This document shows positions 26,920-32,000 of a stretch of 32,000 nt of DNA, in pieces (the first letter of the stretch is position 1; the number at the start of each line of letters is the position of its first letter). The notes beneath the pieces were generated by a model. That model was not told the origin of the DNA. It did not search any database and saw only the letters and a list, made by a program, of their open reading frames with translations. The stretch comes from Candidatus Scalindua sp. (GTDB lineage: Bacteria; Planctomycetota; Brocadiia; Brocadiales; Scalinduaceae). The stretch spans positions 3,180,001-3,212,000 of the forward strand of contig JALDRA010000001.1 in the NCBI GenBank assembly GCA_031316235.1. Direction: 5' to 3'. The position numbers and the translations under genes were made by a program.

Positions 26920-29892
26920 ATGGCAGAGGATAAACGAATCTTGACATTGGAAACAAGACCAAAAAAGAGGAGATGGCCCGTAATAACGGGAATTTCTGTC
27001 GGTGCCGTATTTGGTATTACAGGGATACTTGTCCTGCTCATTCCCACATTTGTTTCTACTGATATGGCGAAAAGCAGGATTATTCGTGCCATGGAAACAA
27101 ATCTGGGGCGCAAAGTGGAAGTTGATGATATCAGGATGAGCTGGTCAGATGGGGTCGATGTGAGAAATATCCTTATTAAGGAGAGGGAGGGTATCCCGGG
27201 TGATGCATTTATCAAGGTAGACAGGTTCTATTGTGACATACAGTTTTTTCCTCTCATCAGAAAACAGATACGGATACGGGAACTTATCATAGATAACCCT
27301 GAAGTAGTTGTGCACCGATATAAGCAGACGGTTTCTGATGGTGAGAGTACGACGCCAGAATCGAAACAGCCATCTGTGACAGAGAGGGTGCGCGTTCCCG
27401 AAGTCGCTGAACAACCAGTTGAAAACGATGCACTGTCGGCACTGGCTCTTCCCTTTGTCCTTGATATTGAATTAAAAGCCAAGATCAATAACGGAACATT
27501 CACATTCGTTGACCACCGGCTGCGTGAAAAAACCGTAATTCACGATTTTAATACAACGCTGAATATAGAGTCTCTGGACAAACCGATCGAACTGAAAACC
27601 GCCTTCGATATTGAGACAAAAGGGAAGACGGAACACGCGGATATCTCCCTGGATGTTTCATTGTCAAAAGATGGAGAAGTGAATCCCAGATATGCACGGG
27701 GAGCATTCAAGGCTGAGACGGGTTTTGCAAAAGCAACTGCGGATTTCGATATGGCAAGTTTCAGTGGTGAAGGTGGACAGGGCTTTGAATTTATTTCAGA
27801 TATTGATACGAAGGGGTTGACGGAAAAACTTGCAGGAATATTGGGCCTGCCTGAGGGGCTGCAGGTGGAGGGTGTCTGCAGTTCAAAAATTACGGCTCGC
27901 GGGAGTCTGGATAAATTGATAAATGTCGATGGGCGTACAGATTTTGTGAACCTCAATGTTTCGGGTGGACCCTTTAAAGATAAACCTGTTAAGGATCTCA
28001 ATATTAAACTGCTTCAAAGTGCTGATGTAGACGTGGTAAACGATCGAATCCAGATTTACCGGTTCAGTCTTGAATCTCTTTTTGCCGAAATGGGGATTAC
28101 GGGGCTTGTTACTGATCTGAGAAGTGCCGGAAATCTTGATCTGAAGATGTTCTTCCAGTGTGACATAGCCGGGATGGCAGGAGCATTAGGGGGGCTTTTA
28201 CCCCTGGATGGGGAAATTGCGGGGAAGGTACAATCAAATGTAACTCTTCAAGGCCAGCGTAACAAGCCGAGGATAGATGGCAAAACTGTTATTAAAGATC
28301 TGTTTCTCAAGAAGGAATCGTTCGGGCCTATTACCGAACCGGAAATTCTCATTACCCATAATGCAACATTAGATGCCTTTGACAAGAGTATCATCATCAG
28401 AGAGATGGGTTTGAGCACCAGTTTTGTAGAATTCGGATCTTCAGGTTCGCTTAATCATGAAAAAGAGGCTGACGTAAATGTGATTCTATCGGTAAAGAAT
28501 CTGGAAAAACTTGTGGGCAGCCTTGCAGGGATTGTGCCGCTGCCTCAGGGGTTTACGGTCAGCGGGAAAACGACTACTGAAATGAAGATAAAGGGCAGCA
28601 GAGAAAAAGGTGTCAGGATCAGTGGGAACACCGTTCTGGAAGGCGTTAATGTGGCCGGTGGTCCTCTTGAAAAGGCCAGGATTTCCAATCTCAACATGGA
28701 ACTTGTGCACGTTCTCGACCATAGCATGCCTAAAGACGAGGTAAAAATAGAACAACTGGATATTGATTCAGATTTTTTAACCATGAGATCGAAGGGCGGA
28801 GCAAAAAATTTGTCAGATGACATGGATGTTGATTACGGGGCTTCCCTGAACCTGAATCTTGAAAAGTCGACAACGCTGTTTTCAGATTTCTTTCCTGCAG
28901 GCATGTCGATGGCGGGTAAGGGGATTGTCGATTTCACCTTACGGGGGAAATTACCGGTAGATGACGCAATGTATGATGATCTGGTTTTTCAAGGAAATAT
29001 GTTCATGGAGAAGGTTGAATATATTTCAAATAATATAACAGATTTGAAAGCTCAGTTTCGTCTTGATAACGGGATTTTTAACACAGACGGTTTCACTTTT
29101 GATCTCAATGACGGAGAGGGGAAGATATCTGCTAAGGCAATTCTCTCGGAAGAGCAACCTTCATCAGAGTTTCGTCTTGATTTGATGGATGTCCTTATCA
29201 ATCAGAAGATAGACACGCTGGGGAAATTTATACCAAACCTTTCTCAACATGAAGGAGAGGTGTCCGGTACGCTGAATATGGATATTGCGGCACAGGGAAA
29301 AGGGCTTAACTGGCAAGATGAATTGAGCAGGACTCTCAGTGCTGAGGGGAATATCAGTATAAAGAATGGTTTAATAAAGGGTGACAAGGTTCTCTCCCGA
29401 ATTATCAGCGACGAGTCCTTTAAATTTGAGGAGCTGACCACACCGGTCAGGATTAAAGACGGCAAAATATTCACGGATGATCTGCAGATTAATGGAAGTA
29501 AACTTGACATCGGTTTGTCAGGGTGGACTGCTTTTGATGGGCGGATAGAATATACGGTTGAATCTGATGTTTTAGCGAGATACATCGGTGGAGATGCAGA
29601 GAATATTCTTGGTATGTTAGGAAAGGGTGTCCATCTGCCAATCATCATTACCGGCACGGTGAATAAACCAAAGGTTGCTCTTAAACTGCCGAAGTCTAAA
29701 GAAGGTTTTGGAGATCTCATAGAAGGAATTATGGGAAGTATAGGGAAATCGAAAGAGGGCGGTAAGGGAAGTGAAGGTGTTGATGGAGCGCAGGGAGAGT
29801 TAAAGACCGGTGAATCCTCAGATGAGAAAAAACCAGAAAAAAGCAGGACAGAAGAAAAGGTAGAAAAACTTCTTAAAAGCCTGTTTAAATAG
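26920..29892 (+). CDS. AsmA-family (AsmA/TamB-like) envelope protein
   Basis: N-terminal TM anchor, then an AsmA-like start (KSRIIRAMETNLGRKVEVDDIRMSW...IRIRELIIDNPEVVVHR). A long beta-rich body is followed by an AsmA_2-like C-terminus (GKIFTDDLQINGSKLDIGLSGWTAFDGRIEY) and a K/E-rich tail. Confidence 0.75.
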   Translation: MAEDKRILTLETRPKKRRWPVITGISVGAVFGITGILVLLIPTFVSTDMAKSRIIRAMETNLGRKVEVDDIRMSWSDGVDVRNILIKEREGIPGDAFIKVDRFYCDIQFFPLIRKQIRIRELIIDNPEVVVHRYKQTVSDGESTTPESKQPSVTERVRVPEVAEQPVENDALSALALPFVLDIELKAKINNGTFTFVDHRLREKTVIHDFNTTLNIESLDKPIELKTAFDIETKGKTEHADISLDVSLSKDGEVNPRYARGAFKAETGFAKATADFDMASFSGEGGQGFEFISDIDTKGLTEKLAGILGLPEGLQVEGVCSSKITARGSLDKLINVDGRTDFVNLNVSGGPFKDKPVKDLNIKLLQSADVDVVNDRIQIYRFSLESLFAEMGITGLVTDLRSAGNLDLKMFFQCDIAGMAGALGGLLPLDGEIAGKVQSNVTLQGQRNKPRIDGKTVIKDLFLKKESFGPITEPEILITHNATLDAFDKSIIIREMGLSTSFVEFGSSGSLNHEKEADVNVILSVKNLEKLVGSLAGIVPLPQGFTVSGKTTTEMKIKGSREKGVRISGNTVLEGVNVAGGPLEKARISNLNMELVHVLDHSMPKDEVKIEQLDIDSDFLTMRSKGGAKNLSDDMDVDYGASLNLNLEKSTTLFSDFFPAGMSMAGKGIVDFTLRGKLPVDDAMYDDLVFQGNMFMEKVEYISNNITDLKAQFRLDNGIFNTDGFTFDLNDGEGKISAKAILSEEQPSSEFRLDLMDVLINQKIDTLGKFIPNLSQHEGEVSGTLNMDIAAQGKGLNWQDELSRTLSAEGNISIKNGLIKGDKVLSRIISDESFKFEELTTPVRIKDGKIFTDDLQINGSKLDIGLSGWTAFDGRIEYTVESDVLARYIGGDAENILGMLGKGVHLPIIITGTVNKPKVALKLPKSKEGFGDLIEGIMGSIGKSKEGGKGSEGVDGAQGELKTGESSDEKKPEKSRTEEKVEKLLKSLFK

Positions 29893-30050
29893 TGCCTGAA
29901 CGGAGACCATACGGTTGGAAGGAAACTGTCCGGATACAAGGGAGGCTTCTTGCATGACCGGAACGAACTTGTGTCCCTGAGAACTACGGAATTATTACAG
30001 CAACCCGGCAGGTGGGCAGTCTGCGTTCAGCCACTTGATAAATTTACATC

Positions 30051-30188
30051 TATACTCATCGTATACTGGTTTTCGGATAAAACCTGAGAAAAAAACGGAG
30101 CGGGTAAAGTCCTTGGCGTCTGGTTCGGGGAAAGTGCCCGGTGCCTTTTGTCCGGGGATACCGGCAACGAGGATTTGGTTTTAGTATA
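30051..30188 (+). mobile_element. TATACT-ended structured repeat, copy D (long type, 138 bp)
   Basis: It shares the 5' roughly 30 nt and the 3' GGTTTTAGTATA with copies B and C. It carries the GC-rich module ...TGTCCGGGGATACC... that copies E and F have in reverse complement. Confidence 0.85.
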
Positions 30189-30421
30189 TCAATCCAACCG
30201 GCTGCAACTCCTCAGTGCAGTGTTTTCATCTTATAACTCTGCGGGACAGGTTTAATTTCCGTATGACAGTTCCTTCCGTACCGGTACCAACCCGCAGGAT
30301 GGATTTTTCAAGAACGGCGGCTTCCCGGCAGAAACCACAGAGGTCGAATTCAGAGATATATTAACAGTACCAACTTACTACAAACCGGGAATCTGCGCAT
30401 GAGCAACCCAAATAAAAGAAC

Positions 30422-30940
30422 ATGAACTGGTTAGATGATACTTTGATAGCGTTACTTGTGCTTGGAACCATATCTGGGCTTATTTCCGGACCGCTCTGGC
30501 AGGTCTACAGAACCCTTGCCGTGATTATTTCTGTGGCGGTTTCCCTGGTATTTCACACAATAGCACGTTCTGTTTTTCAGGGCTTGTTTGATCATAAAGC
30601 AGCGAATATATCAGCGTACGCAGTGGTATTTTTTGCCGCTTTGATGCTTACCTATGTACTGGGAAGCATATTCAAATCCGTGCTCACAACAAGAAAATTT
30701 GGATTCGGTGGCAGGGTTTTAGGAGGAGGGGTTGCACTCCTGAAGACAATCATATTATGCTGTATATTCATATCAGGTATTTCATACATGGGAAATAAGA
30801 GAACAGATACAATGATAGAAGATTCGACCATCGCAAAAAACTTTAACGAAGTCTCTCGGACCGTTGTTTCAAAGTTTCCCGCAGAAATCAAAGGGTTTTC
30901 GTTTCGTAAGGATACGGATAACATTGAGGACAGTTGGTAA
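30422..30940 (+). CDS. cvpA: CvpA-family membrane protein (colicin V production protein-like)
   Basis: MNWLDDTLIALLVLGTISGLISG... is a typical CvpA N-terminus. It has 4 TM segments and is 172 aa. Confidence 0.8.
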   Translation: MNWLDDTLIALLVLGTISGLISGPLWQVYRTLAVIISVAVSLVFHTIARSVFQGLFDHKAANISAYAVVFFAALMLTYVLGSIFKSVLTTRKFGFGGRVLGGGVALLKTIILCCIFISGISYMGNKRTDTMIEDSTIAKNFNEVSRTVVSKFPAEIKGFSFRKDTDNIEDSW

Positions 30941-30967
30941 GGATACGGATATCATTCAGAACAGTTC
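30906..30967 (+). repeat. 31-bp imperfect tandem direct repeat spanning the cvpA stop codon and the recA upstream region
   Basis: GTAAGGATACGGATAACATTGAGGACAGTTG (30906-30936) and GTAAGGATACGGATATCATTCAGAACAGTTC (30937-30967) are identical at 27 of 31 positions by manual alignment. Confidence 0.9.
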
Positions 30968-30983
30968 AAGAAGGGAGTAGACA

Positions 30984-32000
30984 ATGGCGAAGTTGCAAAA
31001 GGGAGAGGATGGAGAAAAGGAGAAAACAGAGACCGGGAAAAAGGATCAGGCTCTTGAAAGGGCAGTTTCCCAGATTGAGAGGCAATTCGGCAAAGGGGCA
31101 ATCATGCGTCTTGGGCAAAATACCAAGCTTGATGTACCTGTGATATCTACCGGTTCACTCTCTCTTGATCTTGCCCTGGGTGTGGGCGGAGTTCCGCGTG
31201 GAAGGGTAATAGAAATCTTTGGGCCTGAATCATCCGGGAAAACAACACTTACGCTTCACATTGTTGCAAATGCCCAGAAAAGTGGAGGTAATGCGGCCTT
31301 TATCGATGCTGAACATGCGCTTGACCCCGAGTATGCGAAGAGATTAGGTGTTGATCTGGACAGGCTGCTGGTAAACCAGCCGGATACCGGGGAACAGGCA
31401 CTGGAGATAGCTGAATTGCTAACAAGGAGTAATGCCGTAGATGTTATTGTCGTAGACTCGGTTGCAGCATTGGTGCCAAAGGTAGAGATTGAAGGGGAAA
31501 TGGGTGATACACACGTAGCTCTGCAGGCGAGATTGATGTCTCAGGCGCTCAGGAAACTTACATCAGTTATTTCGAAATCTCATACCTGCATTATCTTTAT
31601 TAATCAAATCAGGGAAAAGATCGGGGTAATGTTTGGAAACCCGGAAACAACACCTGGTGGAAGAGCATTAAAATTTTATGCATCTGTGAGGCTGGACATT
31701 CGAAGGATTGGTGACATAAAGGATGGTCTTCAAAGTGTTGGCAATAGAGTAAGGGTCAAGGTTGCCAAGAATAAGGTTGCTCCACCATTTCGAAAGGCTG
31801 AATTTGACATAATGTTTAATCACGGAATTTCCAGGGTTGGTGACATTATTGATTTGGGCATCGAGAATCAGATTGTAGAAAAAAGTGGGACATGGTTTTC
31901 ATACGGAGATATCAGGTTGGGACAGGGGAGGGAAAATGCAAAACAATTTATCACTCAAAAGCCGGAACTCATGAAGGAAATTGAACAAGCTCTCCGAAAA
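30984..32000 (+). CDS. recA: recombinase RecA (3' end beyond the window)
   Basis: It is absent from the ORF track because the frame stays open to the window edge. ATG at 30984 with AAGGGAG upstream. Manual translation gives [15 protein letters not shown], Walker [21 protein letters not shown] and [10 protein letters not shown]. 339 codons lie in the window. Confidence 0.97.
   Translation, partial: MAKLQKGEDGEKEKTETGKKDQALERAVSQIERQFGKGAIMRLGQNTKLDVPVISTGSLSLDLALGVGGVPRGRVIEIFGPESSGKTTLTLHIVANAQKSGGNAAFIDAEHALDPEYAKRLGVDLDRLLVNQPDTGEQALEIAELLTRSNAVDVIVVDSVAALVPKVEIEGEMGDTHVALQARLMSQALRKLTSVISKSHTCIIFINQIREKIGVMFGNPETTPGGRALKFYASVRLDIRRIGDIKDGLQSVGNRVRVKVAKNKVAPPFRKAEFDIMFNHGISRVGDIIDLGIENQIVEKSGTWFSYGDIRLGQGRENAKQFITQKPELMKEIEQALRK

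Noticed and set aside
29244-29939. 231-aa minus-strand ORF at the 3' end of the asmA-family gene
   Set aside because: It is an antisense shadow of the K/E/G-rich tail and has no recognisable features. The same applies to 27540-28001, 678-1193 and the other short antisense ORFs in the track.
16771-30188. Whether the repeated elements form a CRISPR array, a tRNA-derived SINE, or rRNA/tRNA genes
   Set aside because: The copies are dispersed between genes, not regularly spaced, and occur in both orientations. There are no cas genes and no cloverleaf-compatible structure. I saw no tRNA or rRNA in any intergenic spacer by eye.
30955-30967. GAACAGTTC palindrome upstream of recA as a LexA (Cheo-type) box
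   Set aside because: The Cheo box is GAAC-N4-GTTC, whereas here the spacer is a single nt. No similar motif lies upstream of recQ. It is kept only as a note within the tandem-repeat finding.
30934-31143. 69-aa ORF overlapping the recA start
   Set aside because: It is an alternative frame of an unmistakable recA coding region, and it begins inside the 31-bp tandem repeat.
1-32000. A protein-encoded defence, toxin-antitoxin, retron/DGR or secretion island
   Set aside because: Every sizeable ORF has a plausible housekeeping or envelope assignment. There is no reverse transcriptase, nuclease/ATPase defence pair, integrase or phage gene, and I saw no abrupt compositional shift apart from AT-rich promoter spacers.

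Overview
This is a 32-kb chromosomal segment from a diderm (Gram-negative-type) bacterium with moderate GC by eye. I cannot assign taxonomy from sequence alone. Coding is dense and mostly on the + strand, and it is dominated by envelope, transport and DNA-maintenance genes. In order: a secreted arylsulfatase; a periplasmic HAD hydrolase lipoprotein (-); an octaheme c-type cytochrome fused to HEAT/TPR repeats; a NodT-type outer-membrane efflux lipoprotein; a TMEM175/DUF1211-like channel (-); an RND adaptor plus RND permease pair; a 4-TM hypothetical (-); a DUF3313-like lipoprotein; a minimal 2-TM K+ channel (-); a four-gene Mla/Mce-type lipid-transport cluster (STAS-MlaE fusion, MlaF, MlaD, PqiC-like lipoprotein); Tex; RecQ; a lipoprotein; an AsmA-family protein; CvpA; and the 5' 339 codons of RecA, which run off the window. 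I saw no rRNA, tRNA, CRISPR array, transposase, integrase, phage gene or recognisable defence genes. The feature the gene list does not explain is a family of roughly 110-146 bp structured intergenic repeats with TATACT...AGTATA ends. At least six copies or fragments lie between 16.7 and 30.2 kb, and every longer intergenic spacer in that half of the window holds one. One copy sits precisely inside another (25372-25627), which is direct evidence of mobility. Two copies differ by a compensatory base-pair change in a 10-bp stem. No autonomous partner element is present in the window. Smaller observations are a 31-bp tandem duplication at the cvpA/recA junction, a promoter followed by a terminator-like hairpin ahead of the sulfatase gene, a perfect 38-bp palindrome, and a split efflux locus with an outer-membrane-protein remnant. 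All family assignments come from motif recognition by eye; no searches were run.
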